This document shows, one piece after another, positions 25,123 through 38,141 of a DNA stretch of 64,000 nucleotides. The notes beneath the pieces are model-generated. The model was not told where the DNA came from and did not search any database. It was given only the letters and a program-made list of their open reading frames with translations. The translations under genes and the position numbers were made by a program. Position 1 is the stretch's first letter. Each line of letters opens with the position of its first letter. The stretch is taken from the NCBI GenBank assembly GCA_001949185.1, contig BDGG01000003.1, positions 4,709,092-4,773,091 of the forward strand. The letters run 5' to 3'. Source of the stretch: Ramazzottius varieornatus. Its lineage: Eukaryota > Animalia > Tardigrada.

Positions 25123-25569
25123 TACACTGCAGGAAATCAGAGCCCGCGTTAGGAAGAGGCTTCGTGATCATCCATACTCCTCCGCGCCGAGAGATCTGAC
25201 GTTGGTCCTTGGCAGGTATTGCATGAATACAACACAAAGAGCACTTTGAGGGCCTTCAACATGAGACCAGATTGCTTTGCCATCCTTATCACTTCCAAAG
25301 TCCCAGATGGGACTCGTCGCGCTCCCATCTACTCATCCACCAAAACAGTCTACATTATTCATAAGGTTGAACTTGGTACTTCAACAACAAGTCAAACAAA
25401 GAAGAGAGCCAATACAAGCCGTCAACAAGGTCCATGCATTACATTATTGCCTCTCCAAAAGAGTCGAGAGATCAAAAGGCTGGCATTATCGTTCACTCAA
25501 AGCAGTAGTCACTCTCCGCAGGGTCAATCCTAGCTTAGGAGGGTTTCTTCCATGAAATCTTGACTTCAT

Positions 25570-28500
25570 TCATGTATAGTGCATGACGTCGCTGAGAACC
25601 AACGCCAGGATACGTGCAGCGTGTCTTTGTCTTTCAGGACCCAGGACTACGCTAACGTGGCGCATGACCTCTTCTTGTAAGGCATCGGCGTCTTCCGCTT
25701 CAGATTTCTCCAACGACTCAGCCAGCACCCAGTATGCATCTTTCAGGGCTTGTAATCCTATCAGTCTCTGCAGACTGGCTCGACGTTGCTCCAGTTCGGC
25801 GAAGTGCGAGAAGGAACTCTTGCTTGAGACAACTGTAAAAACACGCCTTTCGATCAAGCAACCAATGGACGAATTTGCTTTTGAAAGCTCGGGAAGTAAA
25901 CTCGTTTTTCCCAAGTGGCGCACGTCTACAGCCAGTTACACTATAGGCATGCGTCTCGTTAGAAAACGGACGATCTTGTGTAGTTTGTTTGGAGCGTACT
26001 TCATAAACATGCTCAATATTGGTGGGTAATTTCGTTGAGCTAAAAAGGTATGAAAAGATGTGTGAGGAAATCACATACCTTCGTATTCATCGGAGTCTTC
26101 AGAGTTGACCAAAGTCATGACTTCAGAGTCGCTGAACGGCGTACTAGCTGCTGACACCGGCAACGCGGATGACTTCAAGGAACTGTTGGTGAAAGAAGTC
26201 TGGTCTTCGGTCTGGTTCCTTTGAGATCTAGCCGAGGAACTATCCGCTACGTACTCCACGTCTTCACTATCACCGCGTTCGAAATGAAGCTCTTGGGAAA
26301 TGTCCATGGACTGCTGGCCGTCGTCAAGGAAGTCCACTTCCGGCCCCACACTTTCTACACGTTCGCTCTTATGTTCGATTTCGACTTCCTCATTCACCGG
26401 ACTGTCCAAAGCTTTAGCGACAATACTTCCCATAGAAATCATATTTACAACAGGAAAAACATTCTTTTGCTTGAAATTAGGCAAACTCAGTTCTTTCCTG
26501 ATTTCTTGTACGAGGTCTCGAGCGTTCTGCGATCTGGCGCTGAGCGGTTTTGGCGACGGTGTCTTACTAAACACAACTTCCGCCCGGAGATTCTCGTCTG
26601 GTTCAACTTCATCCCACAAACTTTCTTCGCCCTCAGGTGTTGTAAAGTTATTGCCAAGGTCATCCTTCCTCTCGAAGGAAATGAAATCTTCCTCGATCTC
26701 ACCATCATTGGGCGTGGAAAAATTTGCCTTTGGTAACTCTTTCTCGTTACATTGTAAAGTTTTTGCAATCAGCGACTGTGAAAGCTGCCTGTTCAGCTCA
26801 AAAAGACGCTCAGTGCTATTTCGCACACGTGTTGAGTTAATTGGTGTGGTAATGGGAGAGAACCTGACGGACGAAGACGTGCTGGAACTTGAGGATAATT
26901 TTGTGGGTCTGTTCTGTACAGACGGAATATTATTTTCTTTTTGAACCTTCTCACCAATCTTTTCATTCACCACAGTCAGTGGTGATGACAAAATTTCACC
27001 CGAAGATTTCACGTCAGTTCTGGCTGGTGTGATCACCCGTGTCTTACTGAATTCGGGGTCCTGCACCGTTCTCAGCGACGTCGGTTGAGGAGAAGCTTTA
27101 CTGTGGACCACGACGAAGTCCACACCGGTCCTTTCCATGTGGTTCGTAGTTGCTTCGAGCTCAGTAACCAAAGCTTTCTCTTCATGAAGCCTTGGAATGT
27201 GGACCGTTTTCTCTTTACTTGTTGACCGTAATCCGGCGGCGGAAGTCGTCACCGGCGCACCTAAAGGAATCGCTGCCGCGAGGGAAGAAAGCGGTGGAGA
27301 ATGAGGCTTCTCCTCGTGAAAAGACCGACTTTCGCTCTTTTTCTGCAAAATAGAAAATTGAAAAGAATGGAGAGAAATGAAGAACCAGAACCTCGGCAAA
27401 TGAAGCCGGCAAGATCGATTTCCCAAGTGGCGCTCGTTTCAGGTGCTGCTGACGGTAAAATGCGCCACTTGGAACAACGATTTTGCCGAGCTTGATTGTT
27501 TTCCCAAGTGGCGGACAATTTCGGCCGATAACAGTAGAAACGTGCGCCACTTTGGCGAGACAATCTTGTCGAGTTTGCTTGTCGAGCTATATGAGAAGGT
27601 CGAAGTCCAAAAACTCTTCACCTGGGGTGTCATTTTCTTCTTATCGCCACTGGCGTTATTCACCTCGATCGCACAGAAGTACGACAAGCGCGGACTTGTG
27701 ATACTGTCTAAGCTCAACGAACGATCTCGAAAGTCCAAGTCTCCCTCTGGATTCATGCGGAAGTTCTTCGGAGCATTGCGAGGAAGGTTATGGCCCGCAG
27801 TCCGAGCCGTCGGGTCCTCGTCGTTGGAGGACGAGATCCAGCAGTCTGTTGAGACTTCCGTCGCAGAGGATCCTGCTGGTCTTTCTTGACGCATGTTGAT
27901 TACTTTCTGCCTTCTTGCGATGGCTTTCTTCTCGGCTTCCTTACTCCGCATGGCGGCTTTTCTGATTCTCTCTGGATCGAGCGAGGAGATGGAGAAAGAC
28001 TTGCTGGACGAAGAACTTCTTGGCTTCAGTCTGACCTACATTGAATAAATCCATTTCACTGATAGCTTCGAACGTTATTTAATTCAGAACATAAGAACTC
28101 GGCAAACAAACTCGACCGAATTGCTTCTCCCAAGTGGCGCAAGTTTCTACTGCTACTGACCGGCGTCGTGCGCCAGTTGCAGAAAGCGATCCAGTCTCAT
28201 ATATTTCCTTCTCCCAAGTGGCGCGCTTTTCCACTGTTATCAGCTGAAAGCGTTCGCCACTTGTAAAAAAGATCTTTCCGAGCTGCCAACGAGATTTGGT
28301 GACCCAGCAAATTTCTAAACGTTGAAACACTAAGGGCAAATTCAAAGTCGAATAGGTTGATGAACGAACCCTCTGTAAATTTTGCGTGTACGGTGAAGGT
28401 TTTCCACCGCTTCCATTTGCAACGACGCGTTTCGACGCTTTTCCAGGTCCTCCACGGGCGGAGCCAGGACTGATCGACTTTTCGAAGTCGGAAAAGTGCG

Positions 28501-29665
28501 CTTCGTTCATGAGTTTTCGGCAACGAGCCAAGATGAAGGGACGGCGAAGAATACTGTTGGCGGAAGGACGGGTCTTTGGATCGCGCTGAAAGAGATCCTG
28601 GATGAGCTCCTTCATCTGGTGACCGTAGACGGGAGAGATCGGGGGGTATGTTCCACGAAGAATCTTTGTGAGGAGTGTTTTGATATTGTTGGCGAGGAAG
28701 GGATGCTTCAACGTAGCCATCTCGTAGAGGACACAGCCCAAACTCCAAACGTCGCTCTTATATCCGTAAGGCTTGTTCTCACAAATTTCTGCAACCAGAA
28801 GCTTCGCCTATTATTTGTTTTCTTATGACCAAACAGCCTACGCGATGAAAAATATTTTTGAGAACTATTCCATAAATTAAAACAAACTAGAGCAAAACAT
28901 CCAAAATTGGCGCGGGGCCGAAACCTGATACACAGAAAACCGGCAGCCCATACGCATGACGTCACGAGATATTTGATGTATGTGCACGTAACAAAGATAT
29001 AGTAACGTCCTGCTTCAGTGCACACAAAACGGGAGCATACAGCAATGCTAACGCAAGACGTCATGAAAAAACTATTTGACACATGCCTGACGTGTGTGGC
29101 AAAAGTTAGACCTGTGACGTCACTCACACAACAATCAACGTAGCGTACCTGGCGAGAGGTAGTACGGTGTTCCAATGCACGTGTTGGCGAAATCGTTGGT
29201 ATTGTCCAGCACTCTTGAAATGCCAAAGTCCCCAAGCTTGACCATTCCATTCTTGGTCAGGAAGACATTCTGAGACTTAATGTCGCGATGAAGAATACGA
29301 CGATCGTGGATGTACTTGACCGCCAGGCACAGCTGCACAAACCAATCAAGAATGTGATCTTCGGAAAACAAGGTCCCATATTGACGTTCGATCTTGGAGA
29401 AGAGGTCTCCTCCTTCGCAGTATTGCATCACGATGAAGAGGTTGCCTTTGTCCTCGAACGATTCTCGATATGCGACGATGTTGGGGTGCCGGAGCGTGGA
29501 GAGGACAGCAACTTCTTGCCGGGCTTCATTGTATTCTTTGAGGGATATTTTCGCAGTGTTGATCTCCTTCATAACATACTTGTTTCCCGTCGTTTTGTCG
29601 TGGACCAAGTAGACTCTTCCAAAGCTACCTTCCCCGATGGGCTTCACACGAGCGTACGTAGTCAT
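25570..29665 (-). CDS. NEK1: NIMA-related kinase NEK1-like, about 5 exons
   Basis: [36 protein letters not shown]|EICENKPY...SDVWSLGC; C-terminal [19 protein letters not shown]...[10 protein letters not shown] resembles the NEK1 tail. Confidence 0.9.
27391..27588. repeat. TGGCGCA palindrome element, dimer, in NEK1 intron
   Basis: Cores at about 27425 and 27506 inside intron 27343-27621; flanks CTCGGCAAATG and GTTTGCTTGTCGAGCT. Confidence 0.85.
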
Positions 29666-31697
29666 TACTCACCTGTAAAGTATACACAAAAAAATCAAAG
29701 ATTGTTGAGGGGGAGTTTTTACAGGCACACCAAACTTGCGTGCGCCACTTCGACCGGGAAATCGTCCTAATTCCCGTTTACAAGCTGGAACGCAAACAAC
29801 GCTGGGTTATCGTCCAATCCAGGTTACCTGCTGCAAGATGCGTCATTTCAGGACCCAGGTTTAACCATAAAGCACGTGGAAGATCGCAGAAAGATGAATC
29901 GATCGAGGAATAATGAACGGGAGTGAGTACTGTATCACACCGGAAATGAATTTAATTCGATTTTATTTTGGTTGATGCGTAAATTTACACTACGGGTGAA
30001 ATTTACTGGTTCAATCAAGGGTATAGCGCCCAGTTGATTGAGACGGAAGAAGGCAGTTTGCGAAATGGCGGGTTGCTATATTTCTATATTCGAGGAGCAA
30101 GTCCTAACTTTTCTAACTCGCCGAACTGGCGAGTACTATATTAACTAACTATGTTCTCAGCTCCCATCAGCTCCTGAATTGCTAAATTAATTCACGAGCA
30201 TCCCCCCCACACCTTTCTCCATTCTGAGCCAGCCGAACCGGAATTCGGCGAAGAGATCATCACGAGAGAAATTCCAAAAAGGAAGGCATTTGAAACTGGA
30301 GTCCGATATTAGGGAGCATACTTTCTACAGAGGGCAGAGTGAGCTAAGCCAGTAAACCACATATGGGCCAGACCAAGTAGAAGTCGCAGGGATTTAATGG
30401 CGTGTCCCAGTATACCATTACACTTTTCACATGGTTTCAATTCGAAATAGCAACGGCTAAAACTTTACTAACCCTCGAGCGAAAACGCATTGCCTTGAAT
30501 GCCTGCAGAAAATTCACCTGGATCTTTCGCTAGCGAATATCCTTTCTTTTACTGCTCTCCAACATTGCAAACCCCACTTTGCTCTCTTTTCGATATGTGC
30601 GAGCCGTTCTGTAATACGGTAATGCATCGATGGAAATTATTTCCTCTCATCTTGGCTCACGATGATCAAATCGGATGTGTCCAGGTGTCAAACTGTAATC
30701 CAAAAGTATCTTGTCTTCCGGTGGCCGATGACGTCACCGGGTGAGAATGAGAAAACGATGGTTGTTTGGGTAGATATGCCTCGTTACAGCTAAAGTTTCA
30801 CTCCCATCCCTTGTTCTGTAAATCAGGAATGAGCTTCTAGATACGTCTTGAAACCAGAACCAGCAAACTCTATCCACGCCACGGTGAGATATGGTTCCAT
30901 CTGTGACTGTTGCAAAAACGTGCAGAACTTTCTGCCTAGAGTTGTCAATCGTTCAATCAAGGCCTAAAATGAACTGCGAATGGTAACTGGCCAAAACTTT
31001 ACTAACTTCTGCTCAGCCGCCAGCTGGCTGTAGTCTGAATTCGCAGCGGGCAACGGCCGCAACGCTACCTTCAGAATCTGACTTAGTAAAGTATGCCCGT
31101 TAGAAAAGTTAGGCTTCCCTCGTCGTACAGATTTTGTTCGCAGGTTGGCGGCGCCACCGTGACCGAAATGAGAAGACGAAGAGCGACCGGAAACGAAGCC
31201 AAGGTCTTCAACGTTCCGCTTCTAAGAGATGATCGGTGAGCTATGTCAGTTTAACCGGTTCCGTAACAGTGCCCGCATACTTACGGGAAACAACAAGCAC
31301 ATCGAAGGACGCGGAGAACCCGTGAAACAGCTGCAGTGAGGCATGAGATGCTGACTCAGACGGACGGAAGCTGCCGTGTGAACCATTTTTGCCATCGTGA
31401 CGACACGGTAAATCTCCTACCTCATACCTGCGACTGCGAGTTTCCGGCTGAACAGTGCGAAGAGAAACCAGATGAATGGAGTGTCTCCGGTTACGCATGA
31501 ATAAGCTTAGCACTTCGCATCAGCAGGTTCTTCAGAGGATGAGACTTAAAGTGCGACGCCGAACAAGAAAATGAAAGTACGACCACACGACGCATCTTAT
31601 TTGCATGAAAGCCTGATTATGCGTGTGGTTCTCCAGCCTTTCGATTTCTTCAAATTTCGGAGCTCGATCAACCGCTACACTGTGTTACACTCAAAAA

Positions 31698-32005
31698 ATG
31701 CCGTCGCTTCCTGAAGATGGTCAGTCCGGACGTTTATCGGCGGAGCGGATAACGACGCTGCAGCCCGTGGAACTCCCTATGAGAAGTGCATCCCAACCTG
31801 GCGCAGTTCCTGCCTTCACCATGCAGCCAGGAAAAGTTTCACCGCCTCAGCCGTAAGTGTATCAACACAGTAGAACAACTTCAAAATACGTAAGAAGAAT
31901 TTGGTTATTTTCTTCACATGCAGAGTGCAAGAAGGGGGTTGCGGATTCGCTTGCGGAGAAAGTCTTCCATGCTGCGGAGGCGGTTTCAGCTTCAACCTTT
32001 GCTAA
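31698..32005 (+). CDS. 78-aa Pro/Gln-rich microprotein with Cys/Gly-rich tail (paralog A)
   Basis: Exons 31698-31852 and 31924-32005, intron GTAAGT...CAG; product ends PPQPVQEGGCGFACGESLPCCGGGFSFNLC*; a paralog with the same intron position lies about 630 bp downstream. Confidence 0.75.
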
Positions 32006-32631
32006 ACGTCTGTTTCGCATACTAAGATCTGCAGTTTAACTGATTTCAAAATGATACCAAGAATCCAGATTCATGAGCCCGGAGATGGAGAGCTCCGTCG
32101 TTCATTGTGGTCTTTGGCTGGCTTATTTTTAAGCAGGTTCTCTATCGAAGTAACAATGGCTCTGCGACTCGGCGGATGCTTTTTGACTGACAGTGGGTAC
32201 CTGGTAGAGTTGATTGAAGACATCTGGATCAGTATTGTCGGTACGGGTATCTTTGTATTAATATTAATTTTAGCGAAGTGACTAGCAAGTACCCACCACC
32301 GCCAAGCCGCTCGTTGCGGACATGGTGCGTTGGAGCCGAAAATAGACTGCTCATCCACCTTACCTGTAAATATTTCGCCGATGAATCACGAAAAAGAATG
32401 AGATGAGTGGTTCGAGTGTATTGGTTACGCAGTGGTAGCTACGGCACTCCGCCTCCAGAGTGGCTCATGAAAGACAAATAACAAAGCGCGACAGGTCGGC
32501 ACTTTTTCGATGTCATTTCTTCATCTTGCGTAGCTCGGATAAATTGTGCTTCTGATTTCTTAAGCATCGACTTACACCTTCGCTTTCCGTACACCGTTAC
32601 ACCAAGGCGTTTTGCATATTTTTGCAAGAAT

Positions 32632-32967
32632 ATGACACCATATCCGGCTGGACGACAGGCCGCAGGACCTTCGGAGGAATTGACTCTGAACGCCAAGGAG
32701 CTCTCCATGCCTTGTACCTCTCAACCTGGGAACCTTCCTGTTTTCAACAAGCAGCCTGTAACCGTTGCTCCACCACAACCGTAAGCCAATGAGCCTGCTT
32801 GAAAGTTGTTTCACACACACATTTCCGGCCAACTATGTCAAATACCGTATACTCGTACTGAATGTTTGACTTTCTTGCGTAGGCTTCAAGAAGGCGGATG
32901 TGGGTTCAGCTGTAACGAAGCACTTCCGTGCTGTGGAGGCGGCTGTGGCTGTACCTTGTGCGAATAA
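32632..32967 (+). CDS. 77-aa Pro/Gln-rich microprotein with Cys/Gly-rich tail (paralog B)
   Basis: Exons 32632-32780 and 32883-32967, intron GTAAGC...TAG; product ends PPQPLQEGGCGFSCNEALPCCGGGCGCTLCE*; AATAAA overlaps the stop codon. Confidence 0.75.
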
Positions 32968-33309
32968 AAACCTTGACTCTACAATTTTCTACATGGAGTA
33001 TTTCATATTCTACTTGGGTCGTTTAATGTGGTCATAAACAACCTGATGGTGTTATTCCCGTAAAATAAACTTATTTTCACAGCCATACGATAAAGCATAA
33101 ACCGAGAAAGCAAATCGTGCGGAAATGTACTGAATAAGAGAAATTTATTCAATCACAGGCTCGAGGACGCGGAAAACCAAACCTTTTAATTCAGCGAACA
33201 AACTAATTATCACACTGGTCTTCACTTTAGCCGATAATAAATATTCCAAATTAGCTCAGTCCCCAATAATAGTGAAGCTTTCGGTACGGAAGGATCAAAC
33301 AAAACCGGA

Positions 33310-35600
33310 TTACGTATTGATTCTGAGAGCTCGAGGAATCATCGTGTACTTCATCGGTAACTTCTTGGGCTTCGGCGCGCCAATCATCCTTTTCCTGACT
33401 GGAGTCGCGATCGAAAGCTCTTCATAGAGCTCCACCACAGACTTCTCTGATCCAGTGGCTTTATCCAGTACTAAGACCTCACCAACCACGCCCTCATCTT
33501 CAACTTCCTTCACCTCAACCTGGCATTTCTTCGAGACTAAGGCGTCGTGGGCAGCAAAAACCTTTGCTGGAAAGTAACCGTCGGATGGTGTGGCAAGTCC
33601 TGTTGGAAAAAGTCTGGCTGATGTGGACAGGCTCTGGAGTGGCTTGAGGTTTTGAACGTACTGACCTTGAACACAAACCATGAAGATGGCTTGTGGAAAT
33701 TGAGCCAAGGACGCCGGCAACGGGCGAACTTCGTCCAGCGGAAGCGACTCGTGGTTGCCCCAGTCCACATAAAAGACGTAAACGGACTGTCCGGATTTGT
33801 CTACATCTACCACCGCAGCACGATACCATTTGCAATCTGGGAAAGGAAAGAAACATCACGGGTGAAATTTGGTGACTAACTAACGATGTAGATCTTAGAA
33901 TACGACATAGGCAAACAGACTCGACCAGTTATTGCAAGTGGCGCAACCTTTCAGCCAATTCGACGGAGGACTTGCGCCACTTGAAAAACAATCAAACTGT
34001 ATAAGATCCTTTTTATCCGAGCGGCCTACGCCCTCAGACAACAACACTGAAAACTTGCGCCTTTTCGGAAAACAGTCTTATAGAGTTTGTCTGCCGAGCT
34101 GCCAAATGTACCTACCGCGACTGAACCGAGCCAGAACGACCGTATCCAGCGGCGGAGGCTCTCGATACCGCTGCAGTTCTTCGATTCGTGGATCCGAAAG
34201 CTCCTTTTTCAAGGCGAAATGCAGATTTTCTACAAGGACGTCATCTTATGATTAATTAATGGTTTAAACGAAAAAATTTGGCATACGAGTTTGCTTGTCG
34301 GAAGCCTCATAGACAAACAAGACTTCCGGATCCATCACCGCGCAGATGCTTCCCGCGATCGTATCCCCAGGAAAGGTATCCCTGGGAAGGCCTAACTCTC
34401 CAGACTTGATGTGATAGCCAGTCTGGAGCATCGGCATCGAGTCGGTGCGCAGCAGCGTCTCGAGGTTATAGTGGTCACGATCAGTCGTCTCGCTGGCCGC
34501 GATGGAAAAATTGTCGTCCCATTTTTCCTCCAAATCCCTCACCGACACCGAGCTGTTGTCCTGTTTCTTCTGCAACGAAAAAGGAGTCGAGGGACAGCGT
34601 ATGGACGACGACGCCGAAGCCTTCACGACTTCGTCCATGGGCGACGATTTCGATGAGGAGTCCTTCTTTGGTGTTTCTGCTTGGTATGGCCTGGCTGGTG
34701 TGTCCGGGACTACGGTCACGCGACCTTTCAGCTGCTGTTCGATCATGACTAGTTGCTCCTGTATTAAAGAATCGGGACCTGTGAAAAGAATTAAAGTAAC
34801 GTCCGGGATGAGATTTTGAAGACTGGGAGTGCGAAAACAGGATTCGACCAGATGTTTGTTCCAAGTACTGCACGCTTCCGTCCAATATCACCTTAATCGT
34901 GCGCCGCTTGGAAAAACGATCCGGGTTGCCGATTTCCCAATGCTTATCATGCCGGAAATGCATCGTCTGCTCACCGACTAGTCGGACGACTTTTCCCTTT
35001 TGAGCCGCAAAGATACGGATTGATCTTAGGCCTGGAACTAGTTCGTTCGTTGGGGTAGTAGTTTGGGATTGCGGCCTGTGGAGGACGATCGGTGGCCTGT
35101 CTTCCTTGGGCTGGGTGATGTCTGGCGGGAGAAGTAGTCCTTTCGGACGTGCGAAGTCTCCGCCGTAGCGCTCTTTGAAGAGTGTGGCCATCGCGCACAC
35201 CAAATCTTTCATCAGTTTCCGACCGACATGGCCGACAACTACTTCCAAAGGTTTCAAAGGAAGTTCTGAAGCAAAACTGGACGCGTTATCTTTGATCTTT
35301 CTTGACTCAAGAACCAAGATGCAAGACAGCGGATCAAAATTTTCCGAACATCAAAGAAAACAATCAACTAATCACAAAGCGAAGAACGCGGAGGCGGGCT
35401 TCCCAAAAAACCGGTGATTCCGTCGGGGGCTCAGGTCACTTACTGGGGTAACCCCAGAAAATTTTGTGTTTCAGATTTTCCTATCAAAGTTTTTTCGATC
35501 TCGATGCTTGAACAGCTTTGGAATTCGGATCTTCTCATGCTTCTCTGGTCCCCTTCAACATCCTGGCGGCAAACACTAGTCGGGCGTTGGCGGAAGCTTT
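33310..35600 (-). CDS. Extended Tudor-domain protein, multi-exon; 5' end uncertain
   Basis: DTVVLARFSR|DCKWYRAAVVDVD...VYVFYVDWGNHESLPLDEVRPLPASLAQFPQ is a canonical extended Tudor domain; introns 33837-34115 and 34779-34974. Confidence 0.8.
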
Positions 35601-36145
35601 AGGAGATATGCGTTGTGGGGTTGCCGCAAGTAAGTTGCACAGTACGGTGGAGTGATGGACACTGCGCGTTCCCTGCCAAAGATGAGCCAGTTCCATACCC
35701 AAGACGGTTCGTTCCCAAGTATCCCAGTTTTGTTAATCATGTGTTTTTCCCCTGTCCAACAGGCTACTAGGCACCTCCTAGACGGCAGCAATATCATCTA
35801 CATGAACAGGAGATTTCAGAGGCGCCGATACCATTTTGGGAACTGGAACTGGCTCATCTGTCGTATCGTTTTCATGGCTTGTTTTCACTTTTTACTGTCA
35901 TCTCTTGATTCGCTTCGGCCACTTGTGATGTGAGTTTCAGTTACTTTATCGTAGAGTATTTTTGGAGCTGAACGTTCAGTGGTGAGTACTGAGTAGCGTT
36001 CTTGGACAGGGAATCGTCCAGAAATTCCACGGTAATTTTGTTGTCTGTTACAGGGTTTCTCTTGGATTTGATTGCCGTATTTCACTCGTCTGTTACTTCT
36101 CCGGCGTGTTTCCGTCTGCGCGAGGAGAGCGTGTAGACAGTCAGA

Positions 36146-37917
36146 ATGGTTGTCTGTAAGTACTTCATGCAAGGAAGATGTCAGTTCGGTGACAACTGCC
36201 GGTACGAACATCCCGCGAACGAGAGCTATGACGACGAAGACGACGGATACTCCCAGTACTCCAATGGATCAAGATATTCTGAGGGAAGCAGAGGGGGTTA
36301 CCGGCCACACGGGTACCAAAATCAACAGGTTCGAAGACGGTGAAATTCCACTGTAAATTATTTTTACACGTCCCCGTCAATGTAGCGGTTCTCCGGACCT
36401 GGAAGAGGCCAGTCATCCCAATGGCAGTCATACGGTACGGTTCATAAATTTCACAACAAATTTGGAAGCTCGGCAAACCAACTTGACAAGACTGTCTTCT
36501 CAAGTTACGCACGTTTCCACTATTATTTGCTGACAATGTGCCCTACTTGAAAGAAGGATCTTGTTCAGCTTGATTGTTTCCCCGAAGTGGCGCATGTTTA
36601 CAGTCTTACTGGCGGGAAGCGTGCGCCATTTTGGGCAGACGATCTTGTCGAGTTTGATTCCTCGTACTGAAATTCTAGATGTAGCGCGCTTCGCATATTC
36701 ACTTATTGTTTGCTTGTAGGTCCTAGAGGAGGAAACCCAAGATACGAAAATCCTGCATCGCATTTCAACTCCGGACATGACAGATTCTCTTCGCCCTTCA
36801 GTTCGACCCAAGGGCCGTCCAATGCAGCTTATCCACCGCCTGTTACTGAAACTTCCATACTGTAGGTAGTTCTGTTATTTCAGCCATTCAAGGTACGCTA
36901 ACTTACTTTTGTTTTTCTCATAGAGAAGATATTAGAGTTGATATAACCAACATGTGGTCGCAAACAGCCACCGGTGCCTTTCAACAGGGGAAGATATGGC
37001 CTTTTACAGTGTACACCTACAACGTTCCCGACGGCTCAATCATGACAGACCCACTTTTCGGTAAGTATCGAGAATATTTCGAAGTAACACAGTATCTCAA
37101 GCTTTGTCCTTGACTAAGGATTGTCCAAAAAATGTCACTGTAGATTTTCCGGAATTTTCACCGGAAGAGCTTCGGCTTCAAGCTTACCAAGTTGCAAAAG
37201 ACCCCACAGCAGCACAAACTTACGTAAGAAAGTAGCATCCTAAGATTTCTAACTTTTCGTAGATGGCATTGTCGTGTCTCAAAATGTGAAAATTACAGAT
37301 AAGCGAAGTGAATGCTTTAAGAAATGCCTGCCGGCTCAAATGTAGCGAAATCGTCAACGCCGCCAGTGCAGGAAACCCCAACACGATGGGCGCTAAAACA
37401 ATCGTACGTAAATTTTTGTCTGCCAGACTTAGAAACGAGTGGTTCTCTATAATTAATATGTGACAGAAGGAATTCTTGTAGTTAACCGAAGTTCGGACGA
37501 AGGCTGAACAACACAAGGCGCGGATAAGACAAGAGGAGCTCGGTCGAGTTGGAACTTCCCCGTTTCAGGTGCGCAGTACAATCGATTGCTCTCGCGACTG
37601 GCGCACGTTCACAGCGATTTTGGCTGGGAGCATGCGCCATGTAGGACGAGTTTGTTTGCCCAGGTCGTATCTGCTGTCGGGGGTTGCTTTACTAGTTTCT
37701 GAAGTTGTTGTCGCCGGTACAGAGTGCAGAATCCGCTCAGACCGGTTGGAGCTTTGGAGTGCAGACACCGAATGGACAACCCTCAGCTAAGCCTACCTCA
37801 CAGGGGGTGTACTCCGACACGGACATGTTGACGACGGAAGATTTCCTCCAGTTCGCCTCGCCGGAGTTCACATATGGAAAGGTGCCACACAAACCACCTC
37901 CACGAAATCTGTGTTAA
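36146..37917 (+). CDS. NUP42: Nucleoporin NUP42/NUPL2-like (CCCH zinc finger), multi-exon
   Basis: N-terminal MVVCKYFMQGRCQFGDNCRYEHP; WPFTVY...EFSPEELRLQAY; C-terminal YSDTDMLTTEDFLQFASPEFTYGKVPHKPPP (Gle1-binding motif). Confidence 0.88.
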
Positions 37918-38141
37918 AACTTACCGAGAAATATTTTTCTTCTTCTTTCAGAGATATAAATAATATTCGATTTCGATTCGGCTCAAGCTTTTCTTCTTTT
38001 TACTGTGTATTATCAATATGTTATTTATTGACGCTGTATTGGGAAAGTCAATGCTGCTTGTTTTCAGAATGCACGAAACTAAAAAGGCTGGAGAAGCTAA
38101 GACAGTTTGAAGGAACAACGCTCATCTTCCGATAAGCTGGA

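Noticed and set aside
28079-28380. Recurrent peptides such as KWRT, VRHL, CAT and VAH in many ORF-track entries as a protein motif
   Set aside because: They are translations of the intronic palindrome in ORFs that run into introns.
29800-31600. Short ORFs between NEK1 and the microprotein pair, checked for a third paralog
   Set aside because: No QEGGCG or LPCCGGG motif and no recognisable coding signal.
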